DNA of 64,000 nucleotides from Chiloscyllium plagiosum (lineage: Eukaryota), in assembly GCF_004010195.1 (NCBI RefSeq), contig NC_057718.1:4227775-4291774 (forward strand), read 5' to 3'. Of the stretch, positions 50,601 to 64,000 are shown piece by piece (position 1 is the stretch's first letter; each line of letters starts with the position of its first letter). A model generated the notes under the pieces. It was not told the DNA's origin, did no database searches, and saw only the letters and a program-made list of their open reading frames with translations. A program made the translations under genes and the position numbers.

Positions 50601-53600
50601 NNNNNNNNNNNNNNNNNNNNNNNNNNNNNNNNNNNNNNNNNNNNNNNNNNNNNNNNNNNNNNNNNNNNNNNNNNNNNNNNNNNNNNNNNNNNNNNNNNNN
50701 NNNNNNNNNNNNNNNNNNNNNNNNNNNNNNNNNNNNNNNNNNNNNNNNNNNNNNNNNNNNNNNNNNNNNNNNNNNNNNNNNNNNNNNNNNNNNNNNNNNN
50801 NNNNNNNNNNNNNNNNNNNNNNNNNNNNNNNNNNNNNNNNNNNNNNNNNNNNNNNNNNNNNNNNNNNNNNNNNNNNNNNNNNNNNNNNNNNNNNNNNNNN
50901 NNNNNNNNNNNNNNNNNNNNNNNNNNNNNNNNNNNNNNNNNNNNNNNNNNNNNNNNNNNNNNNNNNNNNNNNNNNNNNNNNNNNNNNNNNNNNNNNNNNN
51001 NNNNNNNNNNNNNNNNNNNNNNNNNNNNNNNNNNNNNNNNNNNNNNNNNNNNNNNNNNNNNNNNNNNCCCCGCGCCTGCACCACAGTCCAGGACCCGCCT
51101 CCCCGCGCCCGTCCCACAGTCCGGGACCCACATCCCCGGGCCTGCCCCACAGTCCGGGACCCGCCTCAACGCGCCAGCCACACAGTCCGGGATCTGCCTC
51201 AACGCGCCAGCCCCACAGTCCGGGACCCACATCCCCGCGCCTGCCCCACAGTCCAGGACCCGCCTCCCCGCGCCTGCGCTACAGTCCGGGACCTGCCTCC
51301 CCGCAACTGCCCCACTGTCCGGGACCCACATCCCCGGACCTGCCCCACAGTCCGGGACCCGCCTCCCCGCGCCCGTCCCACAGTCCGGGATCCACATCCC
51401 CGCGCCTGCCCCACAGTCCAGGACCCGCCTCCCCGCGCCTGCACCACAGTCCGGGATCCGCCTCCCCGCGCCTGCACCACAGTCCGGGACCCGCCTCCCC
51501 GCGCACGTCCCACAGTCCGGGACCCGTCTCCCCGCGCCCGTCCCACAGTTCGGGACCCGTCTCCCCGCGCCCGTCCCACAGTTCGGGACATGTCTCCCCG
51601 CGCCCGCCCCACAGTCCGGGATCCGCCTCCCTGTGCCTGCTCCACAGTCCGGGACCCGCCTCCCTGTGCCTGCCCCACTGTCCGGGATCCGCCTCCCTGT
51701 GCCTGCCCCACAGTCCGGGATCGCCTCCCTGCGCTTGCCTCCCAGTCCAGGATGCGCCTCCCCACGCCTGCCCCACAGTCCGGGACCCGCCTCCCCGCGC
51801 CCATCCCACAGTCCAGGACCTGCATCCCCGGGCCCACCCCACAGTCTGGGACCCGCATCCACGCGCCTGCCCCACAGTCCGGGACCCGACTCACAGCGCC
51901 AGACCCACAGTCCGGGACCCGACTCACAGCGCCAGACCCACAGTCCGGGACCCGACTCCAGGCGCCTGCCCCACAGTCCGGGAACCGCCTCCCCTCGCGC
52001 CTGCCCCACAGTCCGGGACCCGCCTCCCTGCGCCTGCCCCACAGTCGGGTACCCGCCTCCCTGGGCCTGCCCAACAGTCCGGGACCCGCATCCCCGCGCC
52101 TGCCCTGGACAAACTCTGGGACACGCCTCCCTGCACCTGCACCACAGTCCGGGACCCGCCTTCCCTCACCCGGCCCACAGTCTGGGACCCGCCACATCGC
52201 GCCTGCCCCACAGTCCTGGTCCCGCATCCAGGCGCCTGCTCCACAGTCCGGGACCCGCCTCCCCGCGCCTGTCCCACAGTCCGGAACCCGCCTCCCCGCG
52301 CCAGCCCCACAGTCCGGGACCCGCCTCCCCGCGCCTGACCCACAGTCCGGGACCCGCCTCCCCATGCCTGCCCCACAGTCCGGGACCCGCCTCCCCACGC
52401 CTGCCCCACAGTCCGGGACCCGCCTCCCCATGCCCGTCCCATGGTCTGGGACCCGCCTCCCCGCGCCTGCTGGACAGTCCGTGACGCACCTCCCCGCGCC
52501 CGCCCCTGGTCCGCGACCCGCCTTCCTGCACCACTCCCCAACCCCGGTCTGGGACACGCCTCCCCGCGCCCGTCACACATTCTGGGACCCGACTCTCCGC
52601 GCCTGCTCCCTAGTCGGGGACCCGCCTCCCCGCACCCGCACCACAGTCTGGGACCCGCCTCCCCGCGCCTGCCCGACAGTCCGAGACACGCCTCCCCGCA
52701 CCTGCCCCCCGGTCCGAGACCCGCCTCCCCGTACATGACCCCTAGTCCAGGACCCGCCTTTCTGCGCCTGCACCCCAGTCCGGGACCTGCCTCCCAGTGC
52801 CCGCCCCACAGTCTGGGATCCGCCTCCCCACGCCCATCCCACAGTCCGGGACCTGCCTCAACGCGCTAGCCCCACAGTCCGAGACCTACATCCCCGTGCC
52901 TGCCCCACAGTCCAGGACCAGCCACCCCGCGCTAGCCCCACAGTCCAGGACCCACATCCCCGTGCCTGCCCCACAGTCCAGGACCAGCCACCCCGCGCAT
53001 GCACCACAGTCCAGGACCCGCCTCCCCGCGCCTGCACCACAGTCCAGGACCCGCCTCCCCGCGCCTTCCCCATAGTCCGGGACCCGCCTCCCCGCGCCCA
53101 TCCCACAGTCCGGGACTCGCCTCAACGCGCCAGCCCCACAGTCCGGGACCCACATCCCCGCGCCTGCCCCACAGTCCGGGACCCGCATCCCCGCGCCTTC
53201 CCCACAGTCCGGGACCTGCCTCCACGCGCCTTCCGCACAGTCCGGGACCCGCCTCCCCGCGCCCGCCCAACAGTCTGGGACCCGCATCCACGCGCCTGCC
53301 CCACAGTCCGGGACCCGCATCGCTGCGCCTGCCCCACAGTCCGGGACCCGCATCCCTGCGCCTGCCCCACACTCCTGGACCAGCATCCCTGCGCCTGCCC
53401 CACAGTCCTGGACCAGCATCCCTGCGCCTGCCCCACAGTCCTGGACCAGCATCCCTGCGCCTGCCCCACAGTCCTGGACCAGCATCCCTGCGCCTGCCCC
53501 ACAGTCCTGGACCAGCATCCCTGCGCCTGCCCCACAGTCCTGGACCAGCATCCCTGCGCCTGCCCCACAGTCCGGGTCCCGCTTCCACGCACCTGCCCCA

Positions 53601-56600
53601 CAATCCGGGACCTGCCTCCCCGCGCCTGCCCCACAGTCCAGAACCCGACTCTCAGCGCCAGACCCACAGTCCGGGACCCGCCTCCCTGCGCCAGCCCCAC
53701 GGTCTGACCCACCTCCACGAACCTGCCCCACAGTGCGCCTGCGCTACAGTCCGGGACCTGCCTCCCCGCAACTGCCCCACTGTCCGGGACCCACATCCCC
53801 GCGCCTGCCCCATAGTTGGAGACCCGCCTCCCCGCACCCGCACCACATGCCGAGACACGCCTCCCCGCGCCAGCCCCCAGGTCCGAGACCCGCCTCCCCG
53901 TACGTGACCCCTAGTCCAGGACCCGCCTCTCTGCGCCTGCACCCCAGTCCGGGACCCGCCTCCCTGCGCCTGCCCCACAGTCTGGGACCCGCCTCCCCAC
54001 GCCCATGCCACAGTCCGGGACCCGCCTCAACGCGCCAGCCCCACAGTTGGGACCCACATCCCCGCGCCTGCCCCGCAGTCCAGGACCCGCCACCCCGCGC
54101 CTGCACCACAGTCCAGGACCCGCCTCCCCGCGCCCGTCCCACAGTCCGGGACCCACATCCCCGGGCCTGCCCCACAGTCCGGGATCTGCCTCAACGCGCC
54201 AGCCCCACAGTCCGGGACCCACATCCCCGCGCCTGCACTACAGTCCAGGACCCGCCTTCCCGCGCCTGCGCTACAGTCCGGGACCTGCCTCCCCGCAACT
54301 GCCCCACTGTCCGGGACCCACATCCCCGGGCCTGCTCCACAGTCCGGGACCCGCCTCACTGTGCCTGCCCCACTGTCTGGGATCCGCCTCCCTGTGCCTG
54401 CCCCACAGTCCAGGATCGCCTCCCAGTGCCAGCCCCACGGTCCGGGACCCGCATCCCGGCGCCAGCCCCACGGTCCGGTACCCGCATCCTCGCGCCAGCC
54501 CCACAGTCCGGGACCCACCTCCCTGCGCTTGCCTCCCAGTCCAGGATGCGCCTCCCCACGCCTGCCCCACAGTCCAGGACCCGCCACCCCGCGCCCGTCC
54601 CACAGTCTGGGACCTGCATCCCCGGGCCCGCCCCACAGTCTGGGACCCGCATCCCCGCGCCTGCCCCACAGTCCGGGACCCGCATCCCCGCGCCTTCCCC
54701 ACAGTCCGGGACCTGCCTCCATGCGCCTTCCGCACAGTCCGGGACCCGCCTCCCCGCGCCCGCCCAACAGTCTGGGACCCGCATCCACGCGCCTGCCCCA
54801 CAGTCCGGGACCCGCATCGCTGCGCCTTCCCCACAGTCCGGGACCTGCCTCCATGCGCCCTGCCCCACAGTCCGGGACCCGCCTCCCCACGCCTGCCCCA
54901 CAGTCCGGGACCCGCCTCCCCACGCTGCCCCACAGTCCGGGACCCGCATCCCCGCGCCTGCCCTGGACAAACTCTGGGACCCGCCTCCCTGCACCTGCAC
55001 CACAGTCCGGGACCCGCCTTCCCTCGCCCGGCCCACAGTCTGGGACCTGCATCCCCGGGCCCGCCCCACAGTCTGGGACCCGCATCCACGCGCCTGCCCC
55101 ACAGTCCTGGACCCGACTCACAGCGCCAGACCCACAGTCCGGGACCCGACTCCAGGCGCCTGCCCCACAGTCCGGGAACCGCCTCCCCTCGCGCCTGCCC
55201 CACAGTCCAGGGCCAGCCTCCCTGCGCCTGCCCCACAGTCTGGTACCCGCCTCCCTGGGCCTGCCCAACAGTCCGGGACCCGCATCCCCGCGCCTGCCCT
55301 GGACAAACTCTGGGACCCGCCTCCCTGCACCTGCACCACAGTCCGGGACCCGCCTTCCCTCGCCCGGCCCACAGTCTGGGACCCGCCACATCGCGCCTGC
55401 CCCACAGTCCAGGACCCGCCTCCCCGCGCCTGCCCCACAGTCCGGGACCCGCCTCCCCACGCCTGCCCCACAGTCCGGGACCCGCATCCACGCGTCTGCC
55501 CCACAGTCCGGGACCCGCATCCACGCGCCTGCCCCACAGTCTGGGATCCGCCTCCCAATGCACGCCCCACAGTCCGGGACCCGCCTCCCCATGCCTGCCC
55601 CACAGTCTGGGACCCGCCTCTCCGCGCCTGCCCCACAGTCCGGGACACGCCTCCCCATGCCTTCCCCACAGTCTGGGACCCGCCTCACCTCACACGCCCC
55701 ACAGTCCGGGACCCACCTCCCAATGCCTGCCCCACAGTCTGGGATCCGCCTCCCCATGCCTGCCTCACAGTCCGGGACTCGCCTCTCCGCGCCTGCCCCA
55801 CCGTCGGGGACACGGCACACCGCGCCTGCCCCACAATCCGGGACCCGCCTCCCCATGCCCGTCCGATGGTCTGGGACCCGCCTCCCCGCGCCTGCTGGAC
55901 AGTCCGGGACACACATCCCCCGCGCCCGCCCCTGGTCCGGGACGCGCCTTCCTGCACCACTCCCCAACCTCGGTCTGGGACACGCCTCCTCGCGCCCGCC
56001 ACACATTCCGGGTCCCGACTCTCCGCGCCTGCCCCATAGTCGGAGACCCGCCTCCCCGCCTCCCCGCGCCACAGTCCGAGACACGCCTCTCCGCGCCTGC
56101 CCCATAGTCGGAGATCCGCCTCCCCGCACCCGCACCACAGTCCGAGACACGCCTCCCCGCGCCAGCCCCCCGGTCCGAGACCCGCCTCCCCGTACGTGAC
56201 CCCTAGTCCAGGACCCGCCTCTCTGCGCCTGCACCCCAGTCCGGGACCCGCCTCCCTGCGCCTGCCCCACAGTCAGGGACCCGCCTCCCCACGCCCATGC
56301 CACAGTCCGGGACCCGCCTCAACGCGCCAGCCCCACAGTCCGGGACCCACATCCCCGCGCCTGCCCCACAGTTGGGACCCACATCCCCACGCCTGCCCCA
56401 CAGTCCAGGACCCGCCTCCCCGTGCCTGCACCACAGTCCAGGACCCGCCTCCCCGCGCCCGTCCCACAGTCCGGGACCCACATCCCCGGGCCTGCCCCAC
56501 AGTCCGGGACCTGCCTCAACGCGCCAGCCACACAGTCCGGGATCTGCCTCAACGCGCCAGCCCCACAGTCCGGGACCCACATCCCCGCGCCTGCCCCACA

Positions 56601-59600
56601 GTCCAGGACCCGCCTTCCCGCGCCTGCGCTACAGTCCGGGACCTCTCTCCCCGCAACTGCCCCACTGTCCGGGACCCACATCCCCGCGCCTGCCCCATAG
56701 TCGGAAACCCGCCTCCCCGCACCCGCACCACAGTCCGAGACACGCCTCCCCGCGCCAGCCCCCCGGTCCGAGACCCGCCTCCCCGTACGTGACCCCTAGT
56801 CCAGGACCCGCCTCTCTGCGCCTGCACCCCAGTCCGGGACCCGCCTCCCTGCGCCTGCCCCACAGTCTGGGACCCGCCTCCCCACGCCCATGCCACAGTC
56901 CGGGACCCGCCTCAACGCGCCAGCCCCACAGTNNNNNNNNNNNNNNNNNNNNNNNCGCGCCTGCCCCACAGTCCAGGACCCGCCTCCCCGCGCCTGCACC
57001 ACAGTCCGGGATCCGCCTCCCCGCACCTTCCCCACAGTCCGGGATCCGCCTCCCTGTGCCTGCTCCACAGTCCGGGACCCGCCTCCCTGTGCCTGCCCCA
57101 CTGTCTGGGATCCGCCTCCCTGTGCCTGCCCCACAGTCCGGGATCGCCTCCCAGTGCCAGCCCCACGGTCCGGGACCCGCATCCCGGAGCCAGCCCCACG
57201 GTCCGGTACCCGCATCCTCGCGCCAGCCCCACAGTCCGGGACCCACCTCCCTGCGCTTGCCTCCCAGTCCAGGATGCACCTCCCCACGCCTGCCCCACAG
57301 TCCAGGACCCGCCTCCCCGCGCCAGTCCCACAGTCTGGGACCTGCATCCCCGGGCCCGCCCCACAGTCTGGGACCCGCATCCACGCGCCTGCCCCACAGT
57401 CCTGGACCCGACTCACAGCGCCAGACCCACAGTCCGGGACACGACTCACAGCGCCAGACCCACAGTCCGGGACCCGACTCCAGGCGCCTGCCCCACAGTC
57501 CGGGAACCGCCTCCCCTCGCGCCTGCCCCACAGTCCGGGGCCCGCCTCCCCGCGCCTGCCCCACAGTGTGGTACCCGCCTCCCTGGGCCTGCCCAACAGT
57601 CCGGGACCCGCATCCCCGCGCCTGCCCTGGACAAACTCTGGGACCCGCCTCCCTGCACCTGCACCACAGTCCGGGACCCGCCTTCCCTCGCCCGGCCCAC
57701 AGTCTGGGACCCGCCACATCGCGCCTGCCCCACAGTCCGGGACCCGCCTCCCCGCGCCTGCCCCACAGTCCGGGACCCGCCTCCCCACGCCTGCCCCACA
57801 GTCCGGGACCCGCCTCCCCACGCCTGCCCCACAGTCCGGGACCCGCCTCCCCCACAGTCCGGGACCCGCATCCATGCGCCTGCCCCACAGTCCGGGACCC
57901 GCCTCCCCGTGCCCGTCCCATGGTCTGGGACCCGCCTCCCCGCGCCTGCTGGACAGTCCGTGACGCACCTCCCCGCGCCCGCCCCTGGTCCGGGACGCGC
58001 CTTCCTGCACCACTCCCCAACCCCGGTCTGGGACACGTCTCCCCGCGCCCGTCACACATTCTGGGACCCGACTCTCCGCGCCTGCTCCCTAGTCGGGGAC
58101 CCGCCTCCCCGCGCCCGCACCACAGTCTGGGACACGCCTCCCCGCACCTGCCCCCCGGTCCGAGTCCCGCCTCCCCGTACGTGACCCCTAGTCCAGGACC
58201 CGCCTCTCTGCCCCTGCACCCCAGTCCGGGACCTGCCTCCCAGTGCCCGCCCCACAGTCTGGGACCCGCCTCCCCACGCCCATCCCACAGTCCGGGACCC
58301 GCCTCCCCGCAACTGTCCCACAGTCCGGGACCCGCATCCCCGCGCCTTCCCCACAGTCCGGGACCTGCCTCCACGCGCCTTCCCCACAGTCCGGGACCCG
58401 CGTCCCCGCGCCCGCCCAACAGTCTGGGACCCGCATCCACGCGCCTGCCCCACAGTCCGGGACCCGCATCCATGCGCCTGCCCCACAGTCCGGGACCCGC
58501 ATCCCTGCGCCTGCCCCACAGTCCGGGACCAGCATCCCTGCGCCTGCCCCACAGTCCGGGTCCCGCTTCCACGCACCTGCCCCACAATCCGGGACCTGCC
58601 TCCCCACGCCTGCCCCACAGTCCAGAACCCGACTCTCAGCGCCAGACCCACAGTCCGGGACCCAACTCCTAGCGCCTGCCCTACAGTCCGGGAGCCGCCT
58701 CCTTGCGCCAGACCCACGGTCCGACCCACCTCCACGAACCTGCCCCACAGTCAGGGATCCGACTCCCCACGCCTGCCCCACGGTCTGGTAACCGCCTCCC
58801 TGCGCCTGCCCCACAGTCCGGGACCCGCATCCCCGCGCCTGCCCCACAGTCCGGGACCCGCATCCCCGCGCCTGCCCTGGACAAACTCCGGGACCCGCCT
58901 CCCTGCACCTGCCTCACAGTCCGGGTCCCGTATCCAGGCGCCTACCCCACAGTCCGGGACCTGACTCCCCACGCCTGCCCCACAGTCCGGGGCCCGCATC
59001 AACGCGCCCGCCCCACAGTCCGGGACCCGCATCCACGCGCCTGCCCCACAGTCTGGGATCCGCCTCCCAATGCACGCCCCACAGTCCGGGACCCGCCTCC
59101 CCATGCCTTCCCTACAGTCCGGGACCCGCCTCTCCGCGCCTGCCCCACAGCCCGGGACACGGCACACCGCGCCTGCCCCACAGTCCGGGACCCACCTCCC
59201 AATGCCTGCCCCACAGTCTGGGATCCGCCTCCCAATGCACCCCCACAGTCCGGGACCCGCCTCTCCGCGCCCGCCCCACCGTCGGGGACACGGCACACCA
59301 CGCCTGCTGGACAGTCCGGGACACACCTCCCGCGCCCGCCCCTGGTCCGGGACACGCCTTCCTGCACCACTCCCCAACCCCGGTCTGGGACACACCTCTC
59401 CGCGCCCGCCACACATTCCGGGTCCCGCCTCTCCGCGCCTGCCCCATAGTCGGAGACCCGCCTCCCCGCCTCCCCGCGCCCGCACCACAGTCCGAGACAC
59501 GCCTCCCCGCGCCTGCCCCCCGGTCCGAGACCCGCCTCCCCGTACGTGACACCTAGTTCAGGGCCCGCCTCTCTGCGCCAGCACCCCAGTCCGGGACCCG

Positions 59601-62080
59601 CCTCCCTGAGCCCGCCCCACAGTCTGGGACGCGCCTCCCCGCGCCCATCCCACAGTCCGGGACCCGCCTCAACGCGCCAGCCCCACAGTCCGGGACCCAC
59701 ATCCCCGCGCCTGCCCCACAGTCCAGGACCCGCCTCCCCACGCCTGCACCACAGTCCAGGACCCGCCTCCCCGCGCCCGTCCCACAGTCCGAGACCCACA
59801 TCCCCGGGCCTGCCCCACAGTCCGGGACCCGCCTCAACGCGCCAGCCCCACAGTCCGGGACCCACATCCCCGGACCTACCCCACAGTTCAGGACCCGCCT
59901 CAACGCGCCAGCCCCACAGTCCGGGATCCACATCCCCGCGCCTGCCCCACAGTCCAGGACCCGCCTCCCCGCTCCTGCACCACAGTCTGGGATCCGCCTC
60001 CCCGCACCTTCCCCACAGTCCGGGACCCGCCTCCCCGCGCCCGTCCCACAGTCCGGGACCCGCCTCCCCGCGCCCTTCCCACAGTTCGGGACCTGACTCC
60101 CCGCGCCCGCCCCACAGTCCGGGATCCGCCTCCCTGTGCCTGCCCCACAGTCCGGGACCCGCATCCCCGCGCCTTCCCCACAGTCCGGGACCTGCCTCCC
60201 CGCGCCTTCCCCACAGTCCGGGACCCGCATCCACGCGCCTGCCCCACAGTCCGGGACCTGCCTCCCCGCACCTGCCCCACAGTCCGGGTGCGCCTCCCCC
60301 CGCCTGCCCCACAGTCTGGAACCCGCATCCACGCGCCTGCCCCACGGTCCGGGACCCGACTCCCAGCGCCTGCCCTGGACAAACCCCCCGACCCGCCTCC
60401 CTGCGCCTGCCCCACAGTCTGGGACCCGCCTCCCCGCGCCTGCCCCATAGTCTGGGACCCGCCCCCACGCGCATGCCCTACAGTCTGGGAACCGCCTCCC
60501 GGCGCCTGCCCCAACAGTCCGGGACCTGACTCTCCGCTCCTTCGTCACAGTCCGGGACCCGCATCCCCGCACCTGCCCCACAGTCTGGGAACCGCCTCCC
60601 CGCGCCTGCCCCACGATCTGGGAACCGCCTCCCCGCGCCTGCCCCACAGTCTGGGACACGCCTCACCGCGCCTGCCCCACGGTCTGGGACCCGCAACCCC
60701 GCGCCCGCCCCACGGTCTGGGACCCGCATCCCCGCGCCCGCCCCACAGTCCGGGACCCGCCTCCCCGCGCCCGCCCCCAGTCTGGGAACCGCCTCTCCGC
60801 GCCTGCCCCACGGTCTGGGAACCGCCTCCCCGCGCCTGCCCCACAGTCCGGGACCCGCCTCCCCGCGCCTGCCCCACGGTCTGGGAACTGCCTCCCCACG
60901 CCTGCCCCACAGTCCGGGACCCGCCTTCCCTCGCCCGGTCCACAGTCTGGGACCCGCCACACCGCGCCTGCCCCACAGTCCGGGTCCCGCATCCAGGCGC
61001 CTGCCCCACAGTCCGGGACCTGACTCTCCGCGCCTGCCCCACAGTCCGGGTGCGCCTCCCTCCGCCTGCCCCACAGTCCGGGTGCGCCTGGCCTCCGCCT
61101 GCCCCACAGTCTGGGAACCGCCTCCCCGCGCCTGCCCCACGGTCTGGGAACCAGACCCCCGCGCCTGCCCCACCGTCTGGGAACCACCTCCCTGCGCCTG
61201 TCCCACAGTCCGGGACCCCCATCCCCACGCGCGCCCCACAGTCTGGGACTCGCCTCACTGCGCCCACGCCCCAGTCTGGGACCCACCACACTGCACCTGC
61301 CCTACAGTCCGGGACCTGCCTCCCCGCACTTGCCCCACAGTCTGGGACCTGCCTCCCCGCGCATGCCCCACAGTCTGGGACCCGCGTCAGCCCGCCAGCC
61401 TCACAGTTCGGGACCTGCCTCCCCGCGCCTGCCCCACAGTCTGTGACCCGCCTTCCATCGCCCTCCCCACAGTCTGGGACTCGCCTCACCGCGCCCTCCC
61501 ACAGTCTGGGACTCGTCTCACCGCGCCCTCCCCCCAGTCTGGAACCCGCCTCCCCGCGCCTGCCCCACAGTCTGTGACCCGCCTTCCATCGCCCTCTGCA
61601 TCCCCGCGCCTTCCCCACAGTCCGGGAACCGCCTGCCCCATAGTCTGGGACCTGACTCCCCGCACCTGCCCCACAGTCCGGGACCCGCATCCCCTCGCCT
61701 TCCCCACAGTCCGGGACTTGCCTCCCCGTGCCTGCCTCCCAGTCCGGGACTGCCTCGCCGCGCCTGCCCCACAGTCTGCAACCCGCCTTCCCTCGCCTGC
61801 CCCCAAGTCCGGGACCTGCCTCCCCGCGCCAGCCCCCCAGTCCGGGACCTGCCTCCCCGCGCCTGCACGCCGGTCTGGGACCCGCCTCTCCGCGCCTTCC
61901 CCACAGTCCGGGACCCGCCTCCCCGCGCCTTCCCCACAGTCCGGGACCTGCCTCCCTGTGCCCACCCCACAGTCCGGGACCTGCCTCCCTGCCCCTGTCC
62001 GGGACTCGTCTCCCCGTGCCTGCCCCACAGTCTTGGACCCGCCTCCTTGTGCCTGCCCCTGATCTGGGACTCACCTCCCC
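47660..62080. repeat. ~14.4 kb GC-rich minisatellite, 33-bp unit CACAGTCCGGGACCCGCCTCCCCGCGCCTGCCC, with higher-order structure; gaps at 50365-51067 and 56933-56955
   Basis: Read directly from the sequence. 11-aa periodicity (PAPAPQSGTRL etc.) appears in all ORF frames, and both edges are degenerate. Confidence 0.98.
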
Positions 62081-62720
62081 TTCTAACAACCACCAAACCT
62101 TAAACACACCATTGTTCACAGCAAACTACCCAGCCTTCAAGAAATATCAACCAGAACACCACACAACCCTGCCACAGTAACCTGTGCCAGACATGTCACA
62201 TCATCGACATGGATACTACCATCACACAGAACACGTGTGGTATTCATGTGACTCTGCCAACTTTGTCTACCTCATATGCTATAGGCAAGAATACCCCGAA
62301 GCATGGTATATTGGCAAGACCGAGCAAATGCTACAACAACAGATGAGTGATCCCTCCCAGTCAGGTAACACTTCAGCGGTCAAGGACTTCCAACCTCTGA
62401 TCTTCAGATAAGCATCCGCCAATTCTGCCTTTGAGATACAAAACAAGGCAGAATCGCTGAGCAGAAACTGATAGACAAGTTCCATACTAATGAACACTGC
62501 CTCAAGCATGATCTTGGTTTCACGTCATGTTATATGGAACCTCCACATACTGTTCTATATCAGTAAAATTATCCTTTCTGTCTTGTTTTGACACCATCAC
62601 CTTGATAACTTGTTATGATCGCTCTACCTAAAATAGTTTGTACAGTTTTGGATTACTTATTACTTTGATCAGACCCTTGATATGTGACACTGATACCTGG
62701 AATGTTATTCCAGTCATTTG
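62081..62720 (+). mobile_element. Penelope-like element fragment (GIY-YIG endonuclease, second family)
   Basis: ORF 62184 CDSANFVYLICY..EAWYIGKTEQ matches the VY..YIG.T pattern of GIY-YIG domains. Confidence 0.7.
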
Positions 62721-62739
62721 GTTTGTCCTAGAGAAGGTA

Positions 62740-63530
62740 ATGAGCAGGTTAAACCATGGAGAATCAACATATGCTATCTCTTTCTGAATTTCTGGAAAAC
62801 CTTCCATAAGGTGCTGCACAGAAGGCTATTCAGTAAGATAAGGGCCCATAGTTTAGATTAGATTAGATTACTTTACAGTGTGGATTAGATTACTTTACAG
62901 TCCACACCGACCCGCCGAAGCGCAACCCACCCATACCCCTACATTTACCCCTTACCTAACACTACGGACAATTTAACATGGCCAATTCACCTGACCTGCA
63001 CATCTTTGTGACTGTGGGAGGAAACCGGAGCACCCGGAGGAAACCCACGCAGACACGGGGAGAACGTGCAAACTCCACACAGTCAGTCGCCTGAGGCGGG
63101 AATTGAACCCGGGTCTCTGGCGCTGCGAGGCAGCAGTGCTAACCACTGTGCCACCGTGCCGCCCACCACTCTAGTGTTAGAGGCAAGGTGCTAGCATGGA
63201 TAGAGACTTGGATGTCTTCTCACGGTGGCAGCCAGTGACAAGTGGTGTTCCACATGGGTCATTGTTGGGACCACAACTTTTCACTTTATATATTAATGAT
63301 CGGGATGAAGGAACTGAGTGAATTCTGACTAAGTTTAGAGATTATTACAAATTTAAGTGGAGGGGCAAGTAGTATTGAGGAGGCAGGGAGGCTGCAGGAA
63401 GACTTCGACAGGTTAGGAGAGTGGGCAAAGAAGTGGTAGATGGAGTACAATGTGGGAAAGTGTGAAGGCACGCACTTTAGTAGGAAGAATAGAGGCATGG
63501 ACTACTTTCTAAATGGAGAGAAAATTCATA
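62740..63530 (+). mobile_element. CR1 LINE RT fragment interrupted by a SINE
   Basis: [16 protein letters not shown] and MEYNVGKCE motifs. Confidence 0.75.
62855..63166 (-). mobile_element. HE1/V-SINE-like SINE
   Basis: Same family as 10534 and 15503, with a partially duplicated tail. Confidence 0.9.
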
Positions 63531-63537
63531 ATCTTAA

Positions 63538-64000
63538 TGTGAGAGGTAATTTTGGTTTAAACTTTAAGATGTGCCTGGACCACAGACTGATCTATAATAA
63601 AAGACAAAACTTTTGTTTCTTTTCTAACAACCATTTTATATACTCAAAAGTAGAATAGTTTAAATTGTGCAGAATGCTGACAATTTGTGAGCGATAGTAA
63701 AAACAAGCAGGCTCTTGATTAATGAAGCCATTCACACAGCAGGGAAGGATAAGTCCTTGACTGATAAGACTACAGGGTGAGAAAAACAACAAACTTTGGA
63801 GACTCTGGAGCCTTTTGTTGCAGACTTTGTGATAAAAATAATCATGTTGTTAAGAATGTGAACCTTATGGTTTGTTGGAGCCAAGGAGAGGAGGGACTTG
63901 TCCTATAAATAATGGAGACTTTGTAAGCCTCAGCGCGCCTTTTCTTTAAGGGTGCCCGACTCTGCAGACTTGACTTGTTAATAAAACTTTGTTTTCCTGA
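63538..64000 (+). mobile_element. Possible LTR, truncated by the window end
   Basis: Abrupt TG start interrupting the CR1, TATAAA at ~63904, AATAAA at ~63980. Confidence 0.35.

Noticed and set aside
47660-62080. Array as a CRISPR array, RSS array (CACAGTC resembles heptamer CACAGTG) or Ig switch region
   Set aside because: There are no unique spacers and the context is eukaryotic. No ACAAAAACC-like nonamer occurs at 12/23 spacing. AGCT motifs are lacking, and the G-rich strand would be the template strand for the + gene.
47675-62180. Many long Pro/Gly/Arg-rich ORFs (up to 1174 aa) in all six frames
   Set aside because: They are a by-product of a stop-poor 33-bp GC-rich unit. They are open on both strands, shift frame frequently, and several run through N gaps.

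Overview
Vertebrate genomic DNA, most likely from a shark. This is inferred from HE1/V-SINEs, shark-type CR1 LINEs and Penelope fragments. The window is mostly transposon debris and has three assembly gaps. Scattered through the repeats on the + strand is an apparently intact 8-exon gene that the ORF track shows only in fragments: leader (4058-4109), V1 (18569-18913), V2 (31212-31556), TM (37002-37121) and four short cytoplasmic exons (38004-38068, 40932-40973, 41076-41118, 41696-41712). All introns are GT-AG and phase-compatible, giving 1029 nt / 342 aa. The predicted product is a non-rearranging immune-type receptor with two germline-joined VJ-type Ig domains, no visible C domain, an uncharged TM, a YENV motif and its own canonical ITAM (YTTL-x7-YSNL). 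The ITAM is split by an intron at the position typical of CD3/CD79/FcR-gamma. The two V exons arose by an ~11 kb intragenic tandem duplication that also carried a Gmr1-like (integrase-before-RT) LTR element, and they have diverged strongly, with opposite net charge. A second paralogous gene starts at ~42.9 kb; its leader has a damaged splice donor and is followed by a ~14.4 kb GC-rich 33-bp minisatellite. The gene model comes from manual splice and motif reading only, with no transcript or database evidence.
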